From Somniosus microcephalus (Eukaryota): DNA of 64,000 bases. The notes below the pieces were generated by a model. The model did no database searches. It was not told where the DNA came from and was given only the letters and a program-made list of their open reading frames with translations. The DNA lies in assembly GCA_052327205.1 (NCBI GenBank), contig CM126214.1:21948001-22012000 (forward strand), in the 5' to 3' direction. Every line of letters begins with the position of its first letter. The stretch's first letter is position 1. Both the position numbers and the translations under genes were made by a program. This document shows positions 25,275 to 39,515 of the stretch, piece by piece.

Positions 25275-28157
25275 ATTTATACCTGCAGAATCGCTTTTTT
25301 TTTTCCAATGCTATACAAAAACCTAATACAAGTTTGTACATGTTCAGATTACCACATAACAACCAATTACTGTATGTCCCACAAACCATTGTCAAGTCCT
25401 AATGATACATGCATGTAAGTTTATCTACATACCAATACATTATAATTTACTGTTTTTCTGCTTCATTCCAATGCTTAGGATGACAGTGCGTCAACCTTCT
25501 TGTCTTGCCAAGTGTGTAAGGCAGAGGTAAATGCAAAATCCCAAGTGACAATAATAGTTTGGTTACATCTAACCAACCCCATCCCAAATGAACTACAAGG
25601 CCCGTTCCAAGTCACAATGAAATGTATTGCTTAGAATAATGGAAACTGGTGCAGATTCCATGGAGGAGATTGCATCAACCCTGGCCGTGTTCAAGCTGTG
25701 ACGTCGTTTTTCCCCCAAACTTTCAAATGCACAAATAAATACCTAGTTCACAGTCACCATTTTGGTTTATAAATTAATACAGTCACATTTGTGCTACACC
25801 AGCCTAGCTAGAACATTGTATTTTTTTTTTTTTTAATTGGCTACAAGAATACAGAATATTTAAATGAGGTGTTCATACATTTAATCCCCACCAACAAATT
25901 GGTGAATTAATGCTTCTTTACGTTTTTTTCTTTTAAAACCAGGATAGGGGCACAACGGATAGCACACAGTACAAAGTCAGTTAAATATATATATGTATAT
26001 ATATAAAAAACCTACAGTAAATACGAGCAGGAAGTTCACAAACAGAAGTGGGACGTTACAACGTGTGCCTAGTCACAACGGTACAGGACATGACAGGGGT
26101 CCAGATGGCACACCTTGATAAACCACAATGGCCTTGCAGGGTCTTAGTTGCACAGGTAATGGGAGGCACAGCCTATGACATGTGGATGAAAGAACGGAGT
26201 TAGCTTGGAGAAGAGTGTTCCGACATTTTTCTTTTGTACAGTAGCGAGCGTAAACAGGTCGCAATTCTATGACAAAGACAGGGAACGCAGTGACAATAGG
26301 AAGACACAGAAAAACAAAGGGGCAGGGGGCAGTACTGGCCTTTCCATAGACTGTAAGTAAGAGCACAGGTGGAAGAGAAGGTGGGGTGGGCGGGGGGAAT
26401 TCTCCCAACTGATGGGCCAAGGACACAGAAGTAGACTTGGGAACAAAAAGGCACTTGTATTACTGACACTGATGAGGAAGAGATTGGGTTGTGTAATATT
26501 GGTGACATCACAGTATTGCAATGGTAGGACCTAGGGTACCTCATATATGGATTTCAGTTGCAGCTGTGGTTACATTGCCCAATAAGCATGGAACCAATTC
26601 TTTCACAACCTTTAGGAACACACCCTACACACTCTGCATTTTGCACTGTGTTTAGCAATTGCCACATATTTAAAATTCATTTCAAACTGGGCTCCACTAA
26701 GGATCACTAAGCTAACCCTCGCAGTTTGAAGATGTTGGGCTGTTTGGTAGCAGCCAATATCTTTAAGTACTGAATTTATAAAGAGTATGCAGGCTTATGC
26801 AGCAAATTTTGATTTAATCCCCCCCCCACCCCCCCGCACACACACACACAAACACACGCACACACACACCAAAATGTAAATTTGTTATTAAAAAAAATTG
26901 GTGGGAAACTGCCAATTTCCTCAGAAAATGAAAAATTGTACCATCGGACTAAATAGATAACACTTGTATAGTGTAGAACAAACAAGTAGGAAGTTTTGTG
27001 CCAACCCCAAGGTCTGCATTATAAGAATTACCTTCGCTCCCAGGCCTAGTTCAATGCCCATTGCCTAAACTGCATTGCGCTGAAAACAGAACCAACATGG
27101 CTTCCGTCTACTGGTAAGCCAAGATGTGGTATGCAAAATGCAATAGTAGAGATAACTTGAACGATGGATCTCGCAACTTTTCTACAGTCTACACTAGCTA
27201 GTACTGTACCACAAGTGTACCTCTAAATGATCTGGCTCAGTTGTGTAGGAAAAATGGCACCAAAGGCTTATTCGGCCTTGCCATGTATGGATTCCCACCC
27301 CCAAAACAGTAGGGTAAAATGACTGAATTTAAAGTTACACTTTTCCCCAGAACAGTTCTACTTATGCCAGCAATTTAAACCTTTCCCATGTGACACAGGC
27401 CATCATAAATATGATGCAGAGCAAAACCCACTATTCTTGTCTCCAAAATCTAGAGCTTCACCAGGGCTGACAGACCCATGGTCGGTCACCATAGACACAT
27501 GCAGTCACCATTGGACAAACTTGCTTGAATGAAAGCTACCTGTTGTCACGCTGTTTAAAAATTGTGCAAAATTTCAGTAACTGAATGCTTCGAGAGTGTC
27601 GGTGAACAATGCTACATACAGTAATTTTTTATTTATTTAAAGACTTCATTTTTTTTCCCTGTCCGATAAAAAGCGTAGTACCCCCATTGACCTTCAACGA
27701 AGCAAAGGAGACTTTTTTTTTGCAATTGCAGCTCTCCTGCTACCTTCGCGGGAAGAACAGTGCAACCATGGCAACAAGCAGCTTCATTGCGCGACTTTTA
27801 TCACCAAGAGGAAAGACATGCTCATGTCCGGACACGCCAAGTCTTCTCCAATCTCCGTCATAATTGACCATTTTGTAGGGCAGCCATTTGTGGTTACTGC
27901 AGACACGTCAACTGCTGTTTGTTAGATCCACTTAATCATGTGACTTCTTTCCATCTTGAACTACAGACGGCATTCTTTTTTTGTGGGAATTAAAAGTTTT
28001 TCAGATGTACAGTCCTGATTTCAGGAGACCTTGCTTTCTCTCTCTCTCTTCATCTTTCCTATACTCCATCTGCAACCTCTGGAAGCTTGCTTAGAGTACA
28101 TTTGGTCGCTGAAATCAAAAGTGAAGTCCTGCTTTTTACCCCCCTCGCCAGGTAGGT
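25250..28157 (-). other. MIDN: MIDN 3'UTR (~2.9 kb); 3' end approximate
   Basis: AU/GU-rich stretch with no recognisable TE, running from the stop codon to AATAAA at 25274-25269. Confidence 0.75.
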
Positions 28158-28423
28158 CTATGCCACAACAAATTCAGACTTCATATCAGCTTTGACTTCA
28201 GGCTTCCATACAGAGTCCTCAAAGTCCAAGTCTAGGCTGCCGTCACTAGATACACTGCTGCTGTTGCTATTTGTCCGGCTGGACTTGCGGTTGGGCAGCC
28301 ACTGGTACGGTGCTCTGGCATCTCGCCGGGCCTTCCTGCGCATCCTCTTCTGCTGCATCAATAGCTGCAGGCGCTCCACTTTGCAGCGGGTAGCGCGGTT
28401 TTCTGTCTGTCTCAGTCGGTCAC
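28158..28423 (-). CDS. MIDN: Midnolin last coding exon: GDRLRQTENRATRCKVERLQLLMQQKRMRRKARRD...DFEDSVWKPEVKADMKSEFVVA* (C-terminal helix, NLS)
   Basis: Acceptor ttctttcattgtag|GT, TAG stop at 28160-28158. Total CDS 1419 nt = 472 aa plus stop. Confidence 0.97.
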
Positions 28424-29954
28424 CTACAATGAAAGAAGAAAAAAAAGGTTAGAAAATTCAAATTTTCACACGTTGATAAAATTGGTCATCTTACTGTATA
28501 CAAATGAATGGGAATGTCTCATCATACCAGCGAGTTCCATTATATTCAAATTGATTAAGACTGGTGTTGTTTCATGGGGCTGATCTAAGAAATGAGGGTG
28601 GTTTCATTGCCCCACTTAATATGCTTCAGTCTGCCACAGGCTGGGGTACACCTGTTATCCACAATGAAGTTCTAGAGGACAAAGTTGCCGTACTTGATTT
28701 TTAAATCATTATCGCATCAACTGTATATTCTGGACCATTACAAAAATCAGATTGGTTTTTATATTTTGGTTATTAGTTCATAGCCCAGAGTCCTTTGTGA
28801 GTTCTTGTATCTGCTCACTGTTGCTGTTAATTCCTTATTGATTGGGTTGCTTTTCCAATATTGGTCTTTAACCTCAGTGGGCTATCTTGGGCCTAACTAG
28901 CTTGGAAAGGGTTAAAAAGCCAGCCTGTAATTGAGGGTTCATTAGTCACTGCAGACCAAGTCGTTTCAAAGCTCCTGCTACACCCTACTGAATGGAATTA
29001 AATAATGCTAGTACATTAGAGGAGATCAATCCTGCATTAGAAACTCATGGGAATTGTATTGATTAAACATCAGTGCTAGTGCATTCATTCATTACCATGA
29101 GAACAGAGAGGTAAAGGTTATCCCTATGGCTCCTATAGATCTTTCTTTGAATTTCCATTAGCTTACGTATTCTGTCAAAGAACCAACTAGGACCCCCAAC
29201 GTCTCAACTCTACTTGACATGCTTTTAGTTTGTGTGGAGATGTGAAGTGGAAGGATCCAGAAACACACCAATGGCCATTTCCAATTGGTGAGAATATTGT
29301 AAGTGTGCAAATGGTGCGTTGTGGAAACAATTAGGAAGTCAACTGCACCAGTTTTCAATTACCTTTGAGGGCAAGGGATAGGTTAAGAAGCCGATGGCAT
29401 TTTTGCACTTGGAAAGACTTTTACAAACAATACAGACCATTTTTGTGGAATTATTTCCATCTAAAATGCCAACTCTGGCTCAGCTAGTTTACTCAGTTTG
29501 TTGCTGAACCTTACAGGGCAGGAACACAGGAATAACCCAAGTGCAATTCCCAATCAATCGGTTTGGAGCAAGCTGATCTCAGCTGGGACAGCTGTAGGAG
29601 CGCTACAATCGGCTGCAGTGCCCAAGTAAGAGAAAGGAAGACCAACCAGTGTTCCTGCTCTTGGACAAGCTCCAGCGACTGCTTCTGAAAGGCTGCATTT
29701 GTGGTTGTCAAGTAAGGCCAGAATCGAGCCCAGCTGTGATGCTAACCAATGGTTATTAAATAGCCTGCCGAGACATTTTGTCAAGACTCGCAATGTATAA
29801 CAGCCAGTTGGACAATATACTGAAAGAAGATCATCGCTCGTAGAAGCACATCCTAGCAAGGAGTCAAGAGCTATTTTTCGATTACAGACCAGATCTCAGG
29901 AGAGACACCGATCTGCGTCGCTCTCACGTTTATGTTTAAACAGAGCAGCCAGTC

Positions 29955-30648
29955 TTCCTGGAGGAGTGTGTTTGAAGACCAGGACCTCAAACCCGGCACT
30001 AAGCTCATGGTCTACAGAGCAGCAGTGATACCTGCCCTGCTGTATGCCTCAGAGACATGGACCATGTACAGCAGGCACCTCAAAGCACTGGAGAGGTACC
30101 ACCAACGCTGCCTCCGCAAGATCCTGCAATTCCATTGGCAGGATAGGCGCACCAATGTCAGTGTTCTCGCTCAGGCCAGCATCCCCAGCATCGAAGCTTT
30201 GACCACGCTCGATCAGCTCTGATGGACGGGTCACGTCGTCCGCATTCCCGATAAGAGACTCCCAAAACAAGCGCTCTACTTGGAGCTCCGACACGGCAAG
30301 AAAGCCCCAGGTGGGCAGAGGAAACGTTTCAAGGACACCCTCAAAGCCTCCTTGAAAAAGTGTAACATCCCCACTGACACCTGGGAATCCCTAGCCCAAG
30401 ACTGCACAAAGTGGAGGAGAAGCATCCAGGAAGGCGCCGCACACCTCGAGTCTCTTCGCCGGGAGCAAGCGGAAGCCAAGCGCAAGTCAACCCAAGCACC
30501 CCACCCACCCGCCCCTTCAACCACCGTCTGCCCCACCTGTGACAGAGACTGTAGGACCCGCATTGGACTCATCAGTCACCTGAGAACTCATTTTTAATGT
30601 GGAAGCAAGTCATCCTCGGTTCCGAGGGACTGCCCAAGAGAGAAGAGA
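29955..30648 (+). mobile_element. RTE (BovB-like) LINE 3' fragment in the last MIDN intron, antisense to the gene
   Basis: TKLMVYRAAVIPALLYASETWT...HQRCLRKIL, GGQRKRFKDTLKASLK, and C2H2 CPTC...SHLRTH. Contains a stop and a frame disruption. Confidence 0.85.
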
Positions 30649-33600
30649 AACCAAAGGCAAAGTGGATTTCAATAAATGGATTTTTGCTCTTCGAAAGAGA
30701 CGGCGCAGACCCGATGGGCCAAATGTTGTACTAGTCTATGATATCGTGCACGCACAGACTGACTATGACTTTTTGGCCATTCAGCATGCATGGCGTATTG
30801 GTGGCATGATGTTACTTCATGGCGTCCATGAAACGCCACGCACATCTACATGTTAATGTCATGACAGGGAGCTTGCTGCTGCCGGAACAGGCACAGGAAG
30901 TCCAGCGCCAATCGGACAGATCTAGCAACAGGTCTTCCTTACCGTTGTCCTTAAAAAATAAAAAATAAATCTGGTGAGCTTAGCTTGCGGTTGCCACCGT
31001 GAGCCAGCAGCAAAAGAATATAAAAGTAGCTGAGCCCTCGCGTTGGAGAAAGGAAAATTCTAATGTCTCCTATCGTTCAGTCTTCAGATTGTCTTGCAAG
31101 TCCCTTTTAGTGCTCGCACGATACTCATTTTAAAACTGATATTCAAATTTTAACTGCGACAGTTTACCCTAAATGCCAGTCCGGCAGAAAAGGATTCCAA
31201 AGATTAAATTCGAGTTGCTTATGAAAACACTCATTTCTCTTTGTATTTTAGCACATGCTGTAAACAAGCTTTTGTTACTCCTATTCAGGGCTGCACTTTA
31301 GAATCTCACTGGGCAAGAGGAAGCCATTTCCTGTTGCAAGCTTTGTCTTACTTCTGTTACTGTGGCAACTGTCTCATCATCTATTATTTTCCTTTCTTGT
31401 CCCGGGTTTACAGAAGGCCCAATTTACCCTCACCAAATGGCCATTCTTCATGCATGAGCCTAATGACAGCGAGCGTTACCAGGCTAACGCCAGAAAAAGA
31501 ACGAACTTGCATTTATATAGCACCTGATCACATCCTCAGGACGTCCCAAAGCACTTTACAGCCAGTGGATTATCTTTGACGTGCAGTCACTACTGTTATG
31601 GGATGGGGGGAAATGCAGCAACCAATTTGTGCAGATAAGATCAAATTAAACAGCTATTTAGTGACCAGATTGTTATTTTTTTTGGTAGTGTTGGATAAGG
31701 GAGGAATGTTGGTTAAGACACCGGAGGAGCTCTTTGCATTTCACGAGAACTCTTACATCCACCTGAGTGGGCACAGGTGGGATTTAGTTTAACGTCCAAA
31801 ATACAGGTTACTGTGGGTAATGTTATCTTGTGTTGTGTCACTAGACATATAGACCAGGGTCAAGCTCTGGTCTGTACTGTATTGGCGGATCTCAGCCAGT
31901 GATGATGATGCTTTTTCTGAGCCATTACTAGAGGTAGCTTTTTAAAAAAGTGTTCATCAGACAAACATCTAAATAGTGGAGCTTCGGACAATAACTCACT
32001 GCTGTACCTGCCATCTGAGGCTACGAGAACCTTGTTTTATTCTTAATGATACATTATGGCAGTTTCCTTACAGTTGCAAACCACTACAGCAGCTGCTGCT
32101 GCCTTCAGAGCAGAAAGCATCAATTAAACCCCAGTGCTTACATTCAGCTGTTGCTAAAAAAGCGATTTCCTGTTTCGCTGCCGCAGGTTTAAAAATACCT
32201 GGCAGCGTCTGATAATGCGCAATTGAGCCAACACCTGGCAACGACAAAAAAAACAGGTCCTCCTACCTATCAGGAATCCGAGGAGGGTTAAAATATCCCT
32301 CAGTGCTGCCCAGCAACAAGCTAGGGTCCAACTAATCCTCAACAACAGTTCATTTTCAGCAGTCGGATGTGTAAAATAAATAGGTCTGAGCTCTGTGCAA
32401 TTAGGGCACGAGGCCTAATGTGTGTGCCCATGAATATATGAATGGCGGTGGGAGGAGAAAAGGGAAGGAAGTTGTTACCTGCGTTTATGTATTTATTACA
32501 CTTTTGTCCTCTGCCAAGTACAATTGTGCTCAAGCAAGAAATAACCGAGGGTTTTGTGTGTGGACCGAGTTACGCTGTAACTGGTTGAAGTTAACCGGTT
32601 TCAACGTGAAAACACAAATGGTATTCTTTGGAGCAAAAACGTGAGCTGGAAACCACAAGGTATAGCACAGCTAAACCATACGCAGTCGCTGTGCTCTCCT
32701 ACGTCTTCCTGTCCCAATTGCCCTCCTCCTCCCTCCCCCCCACTTCCCCCACACCCACCCCCTCCCCCTCCCCACCCCAACCCTGTCTGTGCAAACCATC
32801 ATCCTTCAACGCAACTGCTACAGCTTGCTGTGTGGGCGGATTGAATGCAAATGCCGAGAAGCGATTCCCTGCAGGCTCCCCACATCTGCCAAAAACAAAA
32901 AGTGAAGAAAACGCTTCATTGTTCCCCTTCGTTTATGGTTCCCATCGAGACGCAAATTCGTTGAGCACACAGGAAGATTCTACGCTGGCGTGAGAAATGC
33001 AAATCTCAGCCTAAATTGGTTGCATTTCAAAAGACAAGTAACTACCTGTCTGCGGTGCGCATTTTAGGCAAATTATCAAGGCAAGGAACTTATTTTTTAT
33101 TGCAAAGGAGCGACTTTCTCTTCCCTATTCTATTATTACAGCTTTGCAAATGTGAGCAAAGATAAAGCAGCCTTTGCGCTTTCCAAAAACAACTATCAGC
33201 TCACAACAGTACTCATAGTTCTGAGGCATTCAGTTGCGTTTGTTAAAGGGTACTATATTGGTACAGCCTTCCCCCCCGCCCACCCCTAACCTTGTAAAAT
33301 TTCCATTGAGAAAACGACTAACATGTTAAGAAGCCGACTACCATTGGCATAGTATTGAGTTGCATGGCCGAAGACAGCTTAAGGATGCATATTTGTTTCA
33401 GTATCTTAAATGTTAGTAGAGCTTCAATTCCCACGTCAACCTGGGTCTGTAGCGTGTACACTGCAGAGGCCTGCAGCATGGGCACGCTGTTCCTTATCAT
33501 TACATAGTGTGAATCACTGCCATCTGCTGTGTTCAAGATACAAACATAGCCTCGAGGTCTACTATCACAGGCAGTTGCTGCAAATGACCTTTCATGGAGG

Positions 33601-34329
33601 TGGGAACTGGGTTCTTTTGTTTTTTCATGGTGTTGAAAGGCCCCACTGTTCTTGTAGTTGCAACTTCTGCTACCAAGTGCAGCAACAAAGGTCAGAAAAG
33701 AGCTCCGGTTATTGGAGCCAATTTGTTTACGTGCTGCAAGGGTGTGGACTCTGGCACCATTGTAATCTATTTCAATAACCTTCCTCGCACCTCCCCAACC
33801 GTCCAAAAACACGAGCAAACACCAAAGGGCTTTTGTCCTGATGAAGAAAATAGGTTAAAAAAAAAGCCACGGCTCATTGTACAGGACACCAACAAGGTTG
33901 AAAAGAGTAAAAGAGAAGTTCAATCAGGAAGTATTGTTAGGTGACACACTAAGCTTGTGTTTCCTTCTTTTAAAAGCCCAAAAGATTGTAGAAATGAAGA
34001 CTAAGGAAGGCAAAATGTTCCAGAGGTTTGAGGTCATAAGGACCGAGTCAGAGTAAGACACTGGAATAGTCTCGAATTCAATATAGTTGGAATGTAGGGA
34101 AGAGGAAGTGCATGTTGTAATTCAGAAGGTGCACGGATCACCGCAGTTTTGCTAAAATATAGCAAGACCAGTCAAGTTGCAAAGAGAGAGGAGTTGGAAC
34201 TGGAGAGTAGATTCCCATATCAGATGACATGCTATTTACTAGCACCCAGTCCAAGTGTGCGAGAGAGGTCCTGCAAGACACTCCTCAGACACGCCAGCAG
34301 TGTTCAATTCCTGGACAAACTTCAGCTTT

Positions 34330-34800
34330 CTAGACAGTGATGAGTTGCGGAGAGGAAAAAAAAAGACCCAGCTTTTTGGAGGTAGCTTTAGTAATGATGG
34401 AAATATGAGATTTCCATTTGAGATCAGAGGGGATGGAGAAGCCAAGAACATTTATAGATGCAGAAGTACAGGGGGCGAAATCAAAATTAAGAAATGGTAT
34501 CATGGAAGCACCACCAGCTGTACCATATGCAAACAATTCAGGCAAAATACAAAGCTTAAGACTTAGCATTAATAGAAAGTGGGACGGAGGCGAGAGCATG
34601 ACCTTATTTTAGATTTAGGCCACAGTGGAGAATATCCAATGAATACTCTTTGATACCAAGAAACAATCAGGCTCAGAATTCTTTCTATAAATATAGAAAA
34701 AAAAACTGTGCGGTTGTGACCATGCTGCAACTTCGACTGTAAAAGCGTCATTGTAAAATCTTTCAAGAGGGTTTAAATTATTCATGGCTGGATGTGTTGC
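34330..34800 (-). mobile_element. Old CR1/L2-group LINE fragment
   Basis: INVLGFSIPSDLKWKSHISIITKATSKKLG-type RT C-terminal remnant. Confidence 0.5.
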
Positions 34801-36631
34801 AGTCAATGGCCTTTCCTGCAATTTCCTCATTCCGTTCCAAGCTGCTGACCTCTTCTACTACAATGTCAGCTATTTCCACATTTGTCTGAATAGAGTGTGC
34901 CTTGTTTGGGTCTTTAAATAGTAAAAAAAAAATTACAAAAGACTCCATGCTTTCTTACAAGGAAGAAGAAAAAAAATCCAACAAATTCTCTTTCACAAAT
35001 TTTTCTGTATTTACTACCCGTGGTATCACACTGAATGATATACTTTCAGCATGAAGTCACCGAGACACATTAAGAGGCCTTCCTCTCACTTCATGTGACA
35101 GATGTTCCAAGAAACCTGATAATTATAGCTCTGCAGCCTAGGAGCCTTCAGAAGCTGCTGAAGCTTGGAGGGGGAAAAAAAAGCAGCCCAGGTACAGACA
35201 AGCCCGATTTATGGCCAGCCTTTAATGCTGCGGCATTCCTGCGGTACCCATTCTTGCTAATTCCTCCGGCTCCCAAGCGACGGTTGTTCGATCTGGTTGG
35301 ACTTTAGCAACAGCTGCTGCATCACAAGAAAAGCACATGCTGCCGCTACCGGCTCGCATGCTCGGCCCAAAGCAGCCGCTGGTATGAATACACGGGAATA
35401 AAAACTGTCGAGCCACAGAACATTTAAAATGAACATCCTGCTCAGAAGGTGTATAAAGCCGTGTTCGAGCCAGTATAACATTTAATGTGGCTGTCAGCAT
35501 TCTGTTCCCAACATGTTTCCTCTCTCATCAACAATTTTGTCACCCCACACCCACACCCACAATCCAATCTTTTCTCCTGGTCTCTCTCCTCCCTGAAGCC
35601 ACGGATTCATGCTGGGGGAGTGTTTCTCCAATACCATCATCAGCTACCTGTCCTTCGCACACAAGTCTCTACAGTAGATATTGGGAGCTATGAGCAGCTG
35701 GGCCAATATTTTTCTCAATCTACGCACACACACACACACACAAGGGATGCTGAGATTACCTAACTAAGCACAGAACACAGACTGAAACTCAAACCTCACG
35801 CTATATGGTTCAATGGTCTATGGGGAGCTACTCACAGCCACTCCCAAGGTATGTATATTTGCCACTCAATGCATCATATTGCGCAAACTGTATTTACATT
35901 TCTGGGGAAAAATTGTTAACGAGAGCTTGACTATAATTATATTTGATTTTTTAAAATTCTTTTGCGCTCCCAAATGGCTCAATGCGTTTATCCAACAAGC
36001 AGTGGAGCCGCACAGACCAGGAGGCCCCACGTTCCCAGTCTAAACTGGGCTCAGCGGAGGCAGTGGCGAGAATGCTACACTCGGCCTCAGCACCTCTGGA
36101 TTAGGAAGGGGGGGGGGGAAAAAAGACACCCGGCGTTCCCGCACGTGATTGCAGTTCCCTCCAATCCTGCTGGAAGTGGGTTTGCACATCGGCCGTTGAC
36201 AGAATGGGGCTTGCCTGTGATACCTCCCACAGTGTAATAGCATAGCGCTCACTGTTACAAGGCTCACACATTGAGTAACGGCCACGTGGGCAAAGTACTG
36301 ATAGCGTCCGTCAAAACCGTAGCTCGATAAGAAGTCAACGCTTTGAGGAGTGGAGGGCAACTTGGAAAGAAGAAAAAATATATTTCGGTATTAAAACAGA
36401 AATATTCACTGTGCTCAGAAAATGCTGTGCGCAGATTGGCTGCCATGTTTCCTAAATTGGTGCTTTGAGACATGAAAGGCACTTTATAAATGAAAGTTCT
36501 TTCTTTCAAATTAAAATTTAATGCAAGTATTTCATAGGTTCGCTTCAACCAAACAAATTGAGTTAATGGGAGTGCATAGGAAGAATTATTGCATAGTATC
36601 CCAGACTTGGATCACGTGGCTTTTTAATCTA

Positions 36632-37000
<369 letters not shown>

Positions 37001-37373
37001 TTAGGAACAAATACTACTAACAGGAAGAGTTTCAAGCTGCGAGTGTGCCACAACCCACCAGAAGGCGATAACAGAGCACTTCCTTCAGTTGCAACAGTGT
37101 GACCAATTAAATCATTTTAACTGCCACAAGCACCAGACATGAAGGCTCTGGAGAATTTGCTCCCAATCCTCCATGTGGAAAAACACAACAACACAAAGAC
37201 CCTTTTATGACGGGAGAAAAAAAACCTGCAAAGCGCCTGATGCAGGAAGACGGAAATGAAACAAAAGTTAAAGGACTAATACTAACTTGAGGAAGTTAAC
37301 GCCACAACTGTTCCTTACAGCACACCAAACTTCTAGTTACTTTTCAAATTCCTCTTCCCGTTTGACAATTTTA

Positions 37374-37592
<219 letters not shown>

Positions 37593-39128
37593 TTAAGAGA
37601 ACCACAAATACATGCTCAGAACACAAACTGATGTCCCTTCCCTCACAGTTTTGCAAACCACGGGTTACAATTATAGGAAGTCTGCTGAACTTTCTGCCAC
37701 ATTTACAAAAAAAATACGCTGAAAGTGAATGATAAACTGAAAGCCGCGGTTTATGGATCAGTCTTAGTAATAAGGAGCAAAGCCGCATGAACCAATTTTC
37801 TATTTACAAGCACCAACATCTGTTTGCTCTCCTACCCCTACATCCTTTTAAGCCAACAGATAGAACTCTTTTTGTGGGTCGTACTATGCGTTACTGATAT
37901 GCTGCTCCTAATGGAATGCAAAAAAACAGGAAGCTGGAAGAACACAAGACTTACAGATAAAGCTGAGTGATGGTATGTGTCCCTTCTTCCTCCAGAGGGG
38001 AACATTTCCTGCCCCGGCTACAATATGGCCAATTGTATTGCTGTACCTAACCTGGCGCCTTCCCCTCTCAACAGTTTCGAACCGTCTCAAGTATGCAATG
38101 GCTAATTGGGCCGATTAACAGGGCAGGCCAGCGCTAATGCAAATCTATACATCACCAGTTAAGGCAACTCAGTTCTCTCCTGGACCCATCTGAGTTGGTC
38201 ATTAGAACTAATCAGGGACAGCTCAGCTCTATAATAAATTATCTTAATTTCAACTCAGTTAATGCTTTTGGCAGGCGCAGCATAAAGGCAGCTGACTATT
38301 CCCAAAAGATATCACAGCCGAGAACCTGGCTATCAGCAAGAGATATTAATAAAACATTTTGCCATTCCTTTTGCATTTTGAAACAAAGGGAAACCTAGTA
38401 GATTGGTTGCTTATATTTTTAATCAGGCCCTTAAAGTGCACAAAGTGTATTATTGATCATAACATTTAGAGCTGAACAGGCCCCACATATTAATATCAAC
38501 CAATTCTTTGCTGCAGAATCTCAAGAGGGCCAACAAAAGAAACAAACACTGCTGTACAGTTCGGAGAGGGGAGAAAGAAATAATATTTTTAAGACACAAA
38601 ATAATATTTTTAAAGACATGAGTAACAATGTTACTGGTTTTCCCCCAGGAACACTGATTTTATCTGTTGAAGTGACAGGTTCCTTTTTAAAAAAAAAAAA
38701 ATAGCCAATTCCCTCACCCCTTGTCCTCCAACTTCCACGTTTCCAATCTCTCCTGAAAGTACTAATTCATGCTGGGATGTGGTCCCAAAGAGGTCAATCA
38801 TCCATTTGACCATTCTTCATGTGTGGGTGTCAGCAGCTATTGACCACAAAGGGCATCATAGTGAAGTCTGATCCCGTCATCACCAATGTCCACCCATGTG
38901 AACGTCTAGCAGGATTTACCAGACAGCAATGAGGACTGGGAAAGGATATGTAGCCCCCTCTCTGACCTAGGGACACTGAAGCTAATCCCAGCTGAGATAA
39001 GCTATTAATAATAACCAAGTTTAAGATTTGCCTGTGCTGTATATTGTGCAATATCACACGATATTATTTAGTGTGACACATCCTATGAGCAGCGTAGAGT
39101 CTCCATGGTCGAGGTAAGTTTATCATAC

Positions 39129-39515
39129 CTCAGTGCAAGACGAAGAAGCAATGTTGTGGCTGGCTGTTGACGTGCTGGCCCCGTGTGACCTGAACGATCC
39201 AGCGGTGACTGAAGGTGGGCGAGCTGTGCTAAAGCAGGTGGTCGCTGCCGCAGGGGCGGGGCTCGCCATTGCTTGCTGGCAGGCCGCAATGTGGTTACAG
39301 TTTGAGGCTCCGACAGTTTGCCTGTGAAGTCCTTGAGTGTCAGTAAAGCTGGGCGTTGCTGCCCCTCCGCTGCTCTCCCGACTGGCTATCACATGCCTGT
39401 GCTGTAGCTGGCTGCCAGCCTGCTGGGCTGCCAACTGGAGCTGAACAAACATCATATGATCTCCAACCCGCAGGGCAAGTGTCAAAGGTGACCGTCCTGA
39501 CAGAAAGTCATTGAC
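39129..39515 (-). CDS. MIDN: Midnolin coding exon 4: [31 protein letters not shown]... (Catch1 plus low-complexity linker)
   Basis: Acceptor ctcctttcag|GTC, donor GAG|GTATGA. 387 nt, phase 0. Confidence 0.95.

Noticed and set aside
33318-33944. Intronic ORFs of 116-166 aa as a nested gene
   Set aside because: No recognisable homology or exon signals, consistent with chance ORFs.
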